Notes under the pieces: generated by a model
What the model was told of the DNA's origin: nothing
Databases searched by the model: none
Seen by the model: the letters and a program-made list of their open reading frames with translations, nothing else
Assembly (NCBI GenBank): GCA_000934665.2
Contig: KZ538674.1
Coordinates: 1 to 54,955, forward strand
DNA length: 54,955 nt
Direction: 5' to 3'
Source of the DNA: Catajapyx aquilonaris
Lineage: Eukaryota
Shown here: positions 13,789 through 25,187 of the stretch, piece after piece
Numbering within the stretch: the first letter of the stretch is position 1
How the letters are laid out: each line of letters opens with the position of its first letter
Position numbers and translations under genes: made by a program

Positions 13789-13856
13789 ACTGACCTCGTT
13801 TCTATGTGCAGGTGTTGATTTTTTTTTTCGCTGGAGCTGTAATAAAAGGCGTAGGT
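13789..13856 (+). promoter_or_regulatory. Candidate splice acceptor with possible 39-nt micro-exon 13812-13850
   Basis: ACTGAC branch consensus, CTCGTTTCTATGTGCAG acceptor, then GGC|GTAGGT donor-like site at 13851. Confidence 0.3.
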
Positions 13857-15409
13857 TGAATGTACAGCGGCGCCGATGGCATCAAATGAAATAAAAAATT
13901 AGAGATGTACTGCGCTTTGAAGGACCTTTTCACATGCATGGCGAAAAGCAGGGGATTGCTAAAAAATTTGCGATAGCCATCGCAATGGTGACAGCTCTCT
14001 CATATAGCCTTCCCTCAGGCTTTCCATCACCACTCTCACTTGCAATTAGCCGCCTGGAATCGCCCGGTAATCTGGTTTGTTCCTACTAACCCCCACCCCC
14101 ATCTCCCATCCCCTTGTCGCCACCATCCCCCCCTGAAAACTCCGGAAAACCTCCGCTAGTGCCATTAGCAGAACTTTCTACACGTGCTATTCCCATAGCC
14201 ACACCTTTACCAAAAGTGCCCAGAGACTGGACTGTACCATTTGGGGTCACTAGAAAATTGCTTTTCTCTTTTTTCCTGCTCTGAAATGAAGTAGGAAATT
14301 CCGTCAAGATACTGAGCATGCTGTGGTTACAAGTCGGTTGAGGCAAAGCCAGATCCGCCATTTTGTGGTCCTCAGGAAAGAATAGTCAGAATGGCGATGG
14401 CTCTAGGCGTGTAGACTACAAATGTTTTCACTCATCATATGATTGCAATGATATAACATGTGATTCTCTCACTATAAAGGGCTGGGTGTGCAGTCTGAAC
14501 CTGTTGTATCATTATTGGACGGTGACCTGTAAATTCATGATATTGTAGACACGACTTTTTCATGGAGAATTCCTCCGACTAGCTGTGAAGTTAGCGGTGA
14601 GAGCAATAATATTTTCTGCGTTTTTTTTTGCAGAAAAAAAGAACCTAATCCCTGGAAAGTACGTGCCAAATGACATGCACGATCTTGAAAGGCATGGCTG
14701 TAATCCGCGGCAGGAATTCGCGCGATCCGTGGAAATTGGGGAAGACAAAATGTCGCCCATTGCCCACGTTGGAAAAGTCTTATCGCTGTAATTCGGGGCC
14801 CCATGTCAGCTTCAATAATAAAACTCGTCCCCAGGAGTTTTAGCAACCATTCGGGGTTCTCCCCCTACACCAAGGACTCCCTTCTTTTCTTTCTTTTGCT
14901 GGAAGTCTTCCAGAAAGTCATTCCAGTGGGGGTCTTGGAAGCAGGAAAAAAATGCAGGGGGGGGGGGGGGGNAGGAGATTCTAGTGAACTGCGGACGAAA
15001 TAACGTCTTTTTTGATGGTTTCAGAGGGGTAGGAAAAGGGGTGTCCCCGAGGCCGAAAGCATTCTTTTAATTTCTTTTGAAATTCCGCCACGGAAGATCG
15101 TTTCTCTTTCCTCTCCCTCCCCCAACTTCCATTCGTTCATGACCGGTATAATGAGTAGGGGGGTTGACTTGATGAAAATTTCCAACTTGTGCGGCGGGGT
15201 TCTTTAAGTCTGTATTATGTTCGTCAATAAACATCAGACTCCTTTTTCTACAAGATAAAGAAAGAGCCGTCTTTTGCTATCTAACGTGCTATAGAAGGTC
15301 GAAATTTAGATGTGTAATTTAAAATGGCGTGATGTTATTGTTATAACGCTGTGTCTGGCGTCCTATACAGTTCGTCGGTCGTTTTTTAGACTTTTGCGAA
15401 GAAAAAGTC

Positions 15410-15470
15410 TTATAGAACGGCTGTCTGTCTGTGGACAGGTATCAGACAGACAGACAGAGCCGTTCTATAA
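15410..15470. repeat. Hairpin / small MITE remnant with (CTGT)n-(ACAG)n arms
   Basis: TTATAGAACGGCT-GTCTGTCTGT ... ACAGACAGACAG-AGCCGTTCTATAA. Confidence 0.7.
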
Positions 15471-17101
15471 TAATTCAGGAATATCAGGGTCAAACGTATC
15501 ATGCTACATATTGATGACATGTTTGTATTTTCTTGCGCATAGTATGTGACTGACGGTGTAGTACATAACAGTTGTCCTATTTGAAGGGCGTGTGTCACAC
15601 AACTTTTGAGACATGTAACTTTGTGCTTTTGCAATATTTTTTTTCCTTCTTCTTCTTTTCCTCTTTGTGGACCTTAGTGCAGAGAATCAGTGGACTGGTG
15701 ACAAATGTGTCCCAGAAAGGTCCGGCAGTCGGACTGGCGGCGTTTGTCAGACGACTCCCCTGCGCCCTTTCCTCGTCTTTCCACTCGGCTTGAAAGCGCC
15801 TTTAGCACTGCCATACGATTACTTTGAAGGCAGGACGACTGCAATATCATTTTCCTTTACTTCGCTGGCGTCCTTTGTATTGCCAGGTCGAAGCCTATCT
15901 TGAGGGTGGTCACCGTCTGCAGAAGGGAAAAATCCCGGTGAAAAAGGTGGCACCTGGGCAAAAACACGATGCATTCGGACGCGGCCGGGGGTGGTGACGT
16001 GTAACGGACGACCAATCCCACGGGTCGAAGGCGGCTTCCGATTGGCGGGAGCGCTCACTGGTCCGAGTCCGAATTTACACCGCCAGTGTGTACAGGAATC
16101 GCAGGGTTTTAGTAATGGAATGTGATAGAAATTCACTTGTGGCAAATGGGGCGAAGTCTTTATAGCCTCGAGTTATGACTCTTCTCCTTTCCCATGGCGT
16201 CTGGTTTATGGACGGGTTTATGCCTCCCCGTTTTTTTGAGGGGGGGTCTCTGTTGCGATCCTCCCAAACCCCCACCTTGTCTCCATTCTCAGCAAGATGT
16301 GCTGGTTGTTAGATTCGGTTACGACAACATGTCGACGAGAATATGGCACTCTTGGCAGGTTTCTATCAGCCCTCCGGAAGGATGAGCTTCCTTTTTTACT
16401 CGGTGCTGGGAACAGTTGTGCACAACATGTAACAGCAGCCTGTAATTGTAGCGACCACTTTTTTTGTGCTGTTGATATATTGTCACTGGAAGCGAAAGAA
16501 TAGGACGGGATATCAGAAATCGATATATCCGCAACTAGTTTCTCTCTAGGGGAGTTTTTGGCCGAAGAATGACATTATTATATTGGGTCACCATGGGGTG
16601 AGTAGATCCCAGTTGGAAAGTAGATTCTGCCCCTCAAATAGGCTCAAAATGGCCCAGTGGTTGCGACTATATATTTTTAGGCAGGTTAGGAAGGAAGGCA
16701 GGGGGAAAAGGCCTCCCCTTCTCCCTCCTCCTGGATGGATTTCCATGCAATTTTCATGCAGAGTTGAGCAAAATCTCGGCCCCGAAGAGGTGTCTGCTGT
16801 GACGGGTTCACGCCTCGCCACGCTCGCCCCACGGTTTTGGAAAGATCCATGGAGGGAAACAGGGTAAAGTGGTAAATAATTTCCTGCCTTCGCTTCTCTG
16901 CCGTCACACTGAAGTGACTAGTGCTCTACGAGAATAAAAGTACACTGGTAGTTTTGCCCGGAAAATGTAGTATTTAGGAGGCAAAAAAAGGAGGGCGTAA
17001 CAGCCTGTGCGATACTTGGGGAAGTTCGTAAAATATGGGGCAGAGAAAAGTTATGATCTATTTCTTTGATGAGTGTTTGACTAGCCTAGAATCGTTCAGA
17101 A

Positions 17102-17188
17102 AATAATAATAATAATAATCAGGGTGTCTAGCAACCTGGAAAATCTGGAAATATCAGGGAATTTTTTCCTTATGTTGGCTAGACACTC

Positions 17189-17260
<72 letters not shown>

Positions 17261-17277
17261 CAACAACAATAATAATA
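17102..17277 (+). repeat. (TAA)n/(CAA)n microsatellite interrupted by a 71-bp element
   Basis: AAT repeats at 17102-17119 and a long TAA tract at about 17189-17277 with a few CAA units; this explains the poly-Leu ORF 17096..17317(-). Confidence 0.95.
17120..17190. mobile_element. 71-bp internally deleted TIR element (hAT-like)
   Basis: CAGGGTGTCTAGC ... GCTAGACACTCTA termini, internal CTGGAAA repeats, flanked by ATAATAAT on both sides (8 bp, but uninformative inside a microsatellite). Confidence 0.6.
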
Positions 17278-18326
17278 GGTAATGAAAACTGATTTTTAAG
17301 TACATTTTGAGACACATAGGTCAGCAGCTAATACGAATATTTGAGTAGGCCAGTATCAAAATCATGGTGTGAAAATTGTCTTAATTCCTGGTTACAGGTG
17401 TCAGCTCAAAGTTAAATTCCTATTTCCAATATATGAAATATTTTCACAATTGGTTCATCTCCCATTGGGCAAGGTCACTTAATCTTTGAAGTGTTCTACC
17501 TGAAGCTGATAGCCTGGATTTGATAATGACCGACATGTCAGCTTTTCTTATTACTGATTCGTTAGTCTGATCAAGTAAGAAAATAGGGAATCAAACGTAA
17601 TTTCATTTAAAAAATTGACATCTAAAACTCAGTGAATTTTATCACCTTGTATTTAGATTGGGACGAAGGATTGGAATTCACACCATAACTTTCCAACTCA
17701 GGGCATGCACGACTTTGATAAACAGGGCATTTAGTCACACTTTACCTTAACGAGGGGTCATAAAATTTATTCACGTGCTACCCCCCCTCATACCTCCCAC
17801 TTTCTCGACCTCTTTGGTCTTGCAGTCTGGCATTCGGCATGAAATCGATATTAATTAAACCATGAGAAATCTCCAAGCACAACGTTCAAGACTTTAAGAG
17901 CTCGTTAATGGAAACGGTTGGAATTCTACTCAACTCAACTACGTGGTGCGGCTTATTATCGGTAAACGCATAAGTTAGAGCTGAAATAAGCTGCACACTA
18001 AAAAAAATTGCCAGAGGTATTGGCATTTGTCGTGCCGACCCTATTTTGAAGGGGGAGGGATTATTACTGGGGATACCGCACGTTGTTTTCCCTGAAATGT
18101 CGCATGGAGTTTTGGGAGTGGAATTTACCACGCCCATGCATTGCTGTGGCAGCATATTGCGGAAACGTGCAATAAAGTGCACTCACATCTCACACGTTCA
18201 GAGGGGTCGTCATAATTCAGGAGTATGGTGTAAGTCGTTGTATTACACGTCTGGAGAGGTATACATTGCCCGTGTATTTTCTGGAGATTGTCAACGTTAC
18301 GATAATCTCATTATGACTGAACATGT

Positions 18327-18504
18327 TGCCAAAATTTGTCAAAACCTATAATTAATGAGCAATTTAATGAGATGGCCCGCCGATTTGCCATTTAGTATTT
18401 TTCGTCATGCATAGATGGCGCATAGATCCTCTGCACACTACCGCCACCTCAGATCGTGCGAGAGATAGCGATACTATAAGGTCGGACAAACATCCACCGG
18501 AGAG
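18327..18504 (+). repeat. Dispersed repeat family C, copy 1
   Basis: Shares colinear blocks TGCCAAAATTT..CAAAACCT, ATGAGATGGCCC.CCGATTT.CCAT.TAGTA, TCCTCTGCAC and GCGATACTAT.AGGTCGGACAAACATCC..CGGAGAG with 42457-42609. Confidence 0.85.
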
Positions 18505-19409
18505 AATAAGCACATTATTAATATCATATTAACAATAATTAATATTAGGAGCATATTGATACTTAATATTAATAGGATATTAATAATTAATATTTACAGC
18601 AAATTATTTTTAATAGGAGAAAGATGAACCAGCTGGAAGTATAAGCGGTTATTTTAAAATGCTACAACATAATCCGTTTGGAAAGCTGTTCAATTTTTTG
18701 TAAGCAGTATGATTCTTCGTATTAGTTTCTTCTGGCTGTGTAGGACGGATCTGAGGATAACAATGTTTCGACACCACTAGGGTTGTCACCATGCGTGTTG
18801 TGAAATGCCACACATGTCAACATCAATCTGATTAACTGTATGGGGTCAACACCTTTTTTTGAATCCGGCCCAGCCCTTGATTCACTCCCACCCACGTTTT
18901 TCCACTCCCAGATTACAATCCTTTTTCTTGTTGGAAGGTAGTAAGAGGGGTTGGGTTTTTCTTGAGATAGAGCCGGATCACGCATAGAGGAAAGGGGCAC
19001 CCACCCCCACCCTAAAGTCCTCTCTCTGCTCGAGGCCAGCCCTGTCGCAATGCGCCTCTTGCACGCCTCCTACTATCTGAAGCTCCCCCCTGCCAGGCCC
19101 AACGGATACCAAATCACACACACGGATCGGTGTTAGAAGAAAGTGGGGATGTTATTTTGGGGTGTGGCAACCCCCTAGTCCGCTCACGCCATCCTGGTTC
19201 GATATTACACCTAGCCTTAATTCGCTCTTCGCGTCTCTAGGTCCGGTTGATATAGCACTCGAGAACTGATTTTGAGGATTGGGATTTTTTGTAAGGTGCA
19301 GGCAAGATGGCATGTGGACAGGTACTCATTTGTCGTCTAGGGTCGTTGCACCGGATTCTGACGTCACCGTAGCAATACTACATATTAGAAAACCCATGTC
19401 CTTATTTTT

Positions 19410-19536
19410 AAATGAATTTTGGTGTTTTCGAGCTATGATCTACCTAAGATCATAATCGTATTGTCAGCTGACGTCACTGGTGCCAAACAGATCGGTGCAG
19501 AGGTATGAACGTACCCGAGATGCTTTGTTGGCGACC
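19410..19536 (-). repeat. Dispersed repeat family D, copy 1
   Basis: Reverse complement matches 33449-33609 (AACAAAGCA..CGG..CGTTC..CCTCTGCACCGATCTGTTT.GC..CAGTGACGTCAG...CAATACGAT...GATC..AGCTCGAAAAC). May extend to ...AGGTACTTCATACTG|TA at 19559. Confidence 0.8.
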
Positions 19537-19963
19537 ATTAGTTTAGGTACTTCATACTGTATATAAATTATGATCAGCGAAATTGATTTAGCTCATCCCC
19601 CTGAAGGCGGTTTGAGCTACCTGGCCATCATGTTTACCGTGGGCGAGCAAGCCCTCTTGGGAAGAGTTAAGTCAATCATGATGGAACTGATGTGATGGAT
19701 TGATATGACGTGAATTTCATGAGTTATCTCCCTTTAACAGGGGAATGTGCTTATTTCACATCAGAAGCTTCAGTGGGTATTTTTTTCATATTTTGAAGGA
19801 AGGGACGGGCCTTTTTATAGTAGATATTTATTTATGTTTACATAATAGCGTTCTGCAGATATTGCTTCTTTGCTGGGAACCTTACTTTATGGCGGCTCTC
19901 ATTGAAATTTATACCCCTAGCGTATATTCCTTCCTTTTTGCGGGGTAAGGAAGCGTGTAGGAA

Positions 19964-20002
19964 GAGAGGGTGTGGGTGGAGAGGGTGTGGGTGGAGAGGG
20001 TG
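19964..20002 (+). repeat. 15-bp tandem repeat (GAGAGGGTGTGGGTG, about 2.5 units) matching the G-quadruplex consensus
   Basis: GGG-TGT-GGG-TGGAGA-GGG-TGT-GGG-TGGAGA-GGG. Confidence 0.8.
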
Positions 20003-20547
20003 AGAGGTTGTTACTTCCAGAACGAATTTGACAGTCGCTTGACAGTTTAGCATTAGTCTTAAATGATCGATAGACTTCTCCCTGGTTCCCATTCTCACCC
20101 GAAATGGGATTTCAAGATGGAGGGGGTAAGATGGATATGACAGTGTAATCTTCGACTGCTCACAGATGGTGACCAGGCCATGACCTCCCGAAGATGGGGG
20201 GCAAAAGCAACGAGAATGAATATACGGTGGTGACCAATGCCCGTGAAGAACCTGCTGAAAGGTCCCATTTTTTTCGCTTAGTTATGCCAGACCTGACGTG
20301 GGCTTTGAGATGCTTAGCCAGAGGCCAGCACATGACGGTGCACTCTGCTGTGCATGACATCGTTTTCAGGCTCTGACAGGTAACACTCGATGCATAAAGC
20401 AGCGATGCAGCATATATTATACAAAGTAGCGTTGTATGAGGTATACCCTGCATACAGGATGTTTCCAGACCAGTCACAAATGAGGTCAAGCTTATGGGCA
20501 TCAGTTGGTCTTATAGGCTGGCAACCTCAAGCAGTGGGGCGATGGGG

Positions 20548-20624
20548 AAATGTGATGGATTACTCTCTCCAGTCGCACATGCGCACTGCTACCTGACTGG
20601 AGCGAGTAATCCATCGCCATATTT
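20548..20624. repeat. Hairpin / MITE core
   Basis: GATGGATTACTCTCTCCAGTC (20554-20574) / GACTGGAGCGAGTAATCCATC (20595-20615), 20/21 complementary; loop contains CATGCGCA. Confidence 0.75.
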
Positions 20625-20706
20625 GGAAATATCAACAGAGACAGTTCCAATAGCATGCTTTCAAAATATATGTTTAACATATATGTCATTGTGCAGTTAA
20701 AATGGA

Positions 20707-20970
20707 CACTTTGCCAGGGTTGTGCGCAGTACCTTTTCATTATCCACATAAAACGGTCCTCCAGTATACCCAGGAACCTATCCTGAAAGTTCGTGACAAG
20801 CGTTTTCAAACGCTCTGTATATACACCACGCCCCATGCTCCGGACTCCTAGATTGAAAATCGCGGCGTCCAATTTTGGTTAGCGCCCCGGATTATTACGA
20901 CGCAAACTTTAAAATTTGCAGGCCTCGAAACGCGATTACAGGCGCAAAATTGAGAACCCTGGCAACACTT
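20707..20970. mobile_element. Degenerate hAT-like non-autonomous element
   Basis: TTGCCAGGGTT (20711-20721) inverted to AACCCTGGCAA-CACT (20955-20969); resembles CAGTGTTGCCA-type termini; no TSD recoverable. Confidence 0.45.
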
Positions 20971-21494
20971 TGAGATTACCTGGGGTATGCACCAGCACAG
21001 TGTAAATTCAGGGGGATGGGGGGGCGATGAAATCGATATTAATTGGGGTAAAGTACAGCGGATTTTCGTCGCGAGTACGCGACCATACCCCCACTAGGTT
21101 CTCACAGCTGGGCTTCCCATAATCCCCTGCGTGACTGGTTTGCATGGAGGGGGCCCCTCGGAATTAGCTCCACCTCCACCCAAGTCAATCATAATTAGGG
21201 GGGAATATTGCCGGTTATGAGGGAGCATGTCGGGAAACAAACCCGCCGGGACTCGAATCATGGCTTACCAAGTGGGGGTTTCTATAGATAGGGATTGCCT
21301 GCAGGGGTAGAGGATACTTGACTCTATACGCATGGAATGTGTTTTGTTCATAATGCAATAATGATGGTGTAGCTAGCGAGCCCTGAAAGCATTTTATAAT
21401 ATCCGGATAAAAAAAAAGGCTGAATAGGTAGTCTAAAAACATTAGAGCCAAGCAATCTGACAAATCCCATACTAGTGCACTGTAATGCCATGTA

Positions 21495-21735
21495 CAGTGT
21501 TGGACATTAATCCGTCATACTGCTTGCGACATTTTCTGTTGCGGCAGAGAAGTGACAGAGTGTGAGCCAGGTGTGAGCCGTGCGAGTAAGAAGAAGTAGG
21601 CCTTGAGTGACGTCACCGGCTGGGGGCAATGGCGAAATGGCTTGTCCCCAGCCAGTGACGTCACCCAAGGCCTGCCATTTCTTACTCTCACATCGGAAAA
21701 TGTCGCTAGCAGTACGGAATTAATGTCCAGCATTG
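21495..21735. mobile_element. Palindromic MITE family A, copy 3
   Basis: TA|CAGTGTTGGACATTAAT ... ATTAATGTCCAGCATTG|TA; same internal palindrome with two TGACGTCA; deletion in the right arm. Confidence 0.92.
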
Positions 21736-22336
21736 TACCGACTTGGATGTGTTATTTTGTGAACAAGTACCGTATACAAGTCGGAAGACGGTCTTCGTCT
21801 TCCGAAAGGCGTAGGCATTTTCTGCAGAAATGACATGGCCGCTTCTGCAGACGACTTGTTCCTGCTGCTGGCTGGAAACTCCATTTTCATCCGCCTTCAT
21901 AATGCAGCAGCTTGCATACAAAAGGGCGAACCCTGGAAGGGTTGGGTGGGGAGTGTATAAGGGGAGAGTTGGAAGGAAGTGATTTGATTGTGAAGCCGCG
22001 CACTCCGGACGTTAAAAGGAGGGGACAGGGAGCCTTCCATCTGTGAGACGAAACCTCTTTCTTTTTGCCATAAAGATCGACTTGGATTGCGCTATTTGCC
22101 TCCCCCTTTTTCTCGAGACATTGGACTTGGGACTACCGTCACCTTCTTCGCAGAGAGTATGGATTCCAACTTACGTTAAAGATGCGATTGCCCTGGTCTC
22201 CGTACCATTGAACTGCTCCGGAGCAGTAAGATCCGACAGTTCGGACGTGAGTACGCACCTGAGTCACTTGATTCGTAACATATTGGCAAGTATCGATACT
22301 TCATCTGAACAGGGAGTTAGTACCGGGCAAAAACCG

Positions 22337-22477
22337 GGAGAAGCACTATCTCCTAAACTAGTAAGGGTGAAAGTCGTATGCATGCCCTGGAATAATCCCT
22401 CCTGAATCAGTGGGGATTAGTGCAGGACATGCATGCGACTTTCACCCTTACTAGTTTTGGAGATAAAGTGTTTCTCC
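22337..22477. mobile_element. Palindromic MITE-like element (about 65-bp arms)
   Basis: GGAGAAGCACTATCTCCTAAACTAGTAAGGGTGAAAGTCGTATGCATGCCCTG...TAATCCC / GGGATTA...CAGGACATGCATGCGACTTTCACCCTTACTAGTTTTGGAGATAAAGTGTTTCTCC; termini and TSD not resolved. Confidence 0.75.
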
Positions 22478-25162
22478 TTGGGATGGCGGTATAGAACTCT
22501 TCTACTCCTGACAAACTGACACGGCGGCCATTTTGGTAATCTGGAGTGCCATTTGCAACTCTTTTCAGTTTTCCTTATACCATGGAGGTATCACACGCAC
22601 ACAAAAAACTCCTATCACTGAGGCAGGTTCGTCTGGAAAGGAATAAAACACTCGCCCATTTTCGGGAGGCCGTTTTCGCCCCGGCCCATTTTGGACCGCC
22701 TTATCTCTCTCCCCAGATGTGACTTGCAAATGTCGGAGGATGAAGTGTGACAAGTCGAGGTCCAAAATGTCCCCGAGAGAATTTTGTTCCCTGGCACACT
22801 CTTCCTTCTCCCGAGACAAATGCACATCCTGGGGACAAAGAGTTTTCAGTCTCATGTGTCGTCGAGAGTTTCGATCTCTTTTCTCTTTCTCTCCGTGATG
22901 TCTGAGTTCGCAAAATGGCGTCCTTTTCCATGCAGCCATGTCTAATTAGCGCGAATCCCAACTCCAGGAGAAAAGCCGCACCATGTGCTTGACACAAGCC
23001 GTTTCCACTCCCAGTAGAAGATTAATGGGATTCTGTGACGAAATAATGGATGGAGAACCCCGAGATGGCTGGAGTGCTCCGGATCCACCGGAATTTAAGA
23101 CCTTCCCCCACAGAAAACGAATTACACAAGATGCAAGGAGAAATGTCTCCACCAGCATAGAGACACAAGACTCAGTTCTCCTGGCGTTTAACCTTCCCTG
23201 ACTCACAAATTAGGGCCTGATTGAGGATGCGAGCCTGGTTGTTGCAGTGTAACCGGAGGGTGTCTAGGTTATGCTGCTTTTGTGTACCAGCCAAGTAACC
23301 CAGTTTTGTGGTCTGTAAAATTGCTACCTGCTGGCTGTATAACTTATGCCTTTTACACCCATCCGTTAAATGTAGCCACGCCCAGATTCAAATATGAATT
23401 CTTAAGTTATACTGGTTCATTCTCACCACCTTCTCTCTCCTGCTAATTAGTCCCTTCCTCACCCCCTCATGTTTCCACCCTTCCCCTCCTCTATATCTTG
23501 TCATGTCCCCGCGTCCTTCTTCCAACCCTATCTACCCCCAACTTGACCCCCGGAGTGAGGGGCTTTCCATATATACGAGGTGTACTTGGGGGCTCGCCCT
23601 CTTTTTCTCACTATATCCTTCCTTCTATACTCACTGTATTAGGCTATATGTACAGTCCCATATTGTGAATCGTAGTAGTTATTAGCACTGATTCCCCTTG
23701 AATCCCTACCATATTGGTATAAAGTAAGAAGGTCGGTTACTGTACAAAGCTGATACAGCCAGCGTGTGACGTCTCAGTGGCTTTCAAATTATCGGCCAGC
23801 ATACCTGGCGTTGTTTTTCTAAATCTCATTATTCCGCACTGCAAGGGCTTCATCATGTGGGGCTACACAACTTGGAAACAAAAGGGCCTCCCCGTAATAT
23901 CTCCCACGTATTTGCATGAAAGTTAGGCTTAGCACGCGGTAATATGAATCATAATGAGCGAGTTTGCAACGCCTGGGAAAATTCAAGAAGGATAGGTGCC
24001 CCTATATATCCGGGCAGGACAGAGTATGTATAGTGCAGGGGCTTTTCATGGAGTTTGGTCACAGTTTCGTCGTCGGTTCCCTGTTTTCCGCTTCTGAGCT
24101 GCTGCTCAGCAACCAATTGCGAGGTTCAAAGCCTCAAAACCTGTGCAAACATTTGGTTCAATCCGAACGTAGAGTTGATTCGCGTAGGACTCTATTAATG
24201 GAAATCCTCTCCACCCTACCTTCCACCCCCTCTGTTGAGTCCCATCTCATCCAGAGTCGTATAGAGGACACCATTATTCCAGCTTGGCTGGTGGTTTCCA
24301 GGAATTGTCTTGCAGGCTGTTTCGTTCTTCTGTGTGTTTACTGGCTCTATTGGTAGCGAAGTCGTAACCAGAAGGGAATGGCTCTTGCGTGATTCTATGG
24401 GATTGGATAGAAAGAAACTTACTAGGTGCTATTGAAATGTGGAGTGACGTGTGGGGAAATGGAAGACGAGAATTTTTGCTGGAAGAATTTAGGTCAAGAT
24501 TATAAGGGAACTGTCGGTTGAAGTTTCAGCTGTAACCAATCAACAAGGGGGCACTAAAATTTTAAATGTAATATGTGAGTGAAGAAGAATTGAATTTAAA
24601 TAATTACCTGAACGTGGCAGATTACTAACATGCTGTAATGTGACAATTAAAATTGCAGGTTTACAATGTAGATATCAATATTAAATTAATGACCCGATAC
24701 AGTGTCGGTATTATGAATTTTATGAAACTCGACATTATTTGCGTAATTCTCTCGACCTAATTACAGTACATGCATTGATGCTTATCAGACTGTAAGACTT
24801 CATTAATGTCTGGTAGTGCCATTTCAGTCTCTGAGGTTATGTAACTACAGTGCGCGGATTTGGCAAGCCATGTTAACTTAATCACTTGTATAATTATTCG
24901 AGGGAGATTAATGACTGGGGCAAGATGATGAGAATTTGAACTCGGATGATACAGTTAGTCTGTCATTTCTGGACGTGCATATGTCATCAGAGACATGGAT
25001 GTTGACGAGGCAACAACTGTAAGAGATGAATGCCACAAGGTTTCTTTTAGTTGCTAAAAAAATTGCCCAACTAGTTTCTTTTCCAAAAGATGAAATGACA
25101 TTCGGAAGGAAATGTCTTTTTGAGAAACTTGGTTTACTACAGATGGCCATGGTCCACATTTT

Positions 25163-25187
25163 CTCTCTCTCTCTCTCTCTCTCTCTC
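25163..25187 (+). repeat. (CT)n microsatellite
   Basis: About 12 CT units. Confidence 0.9.
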
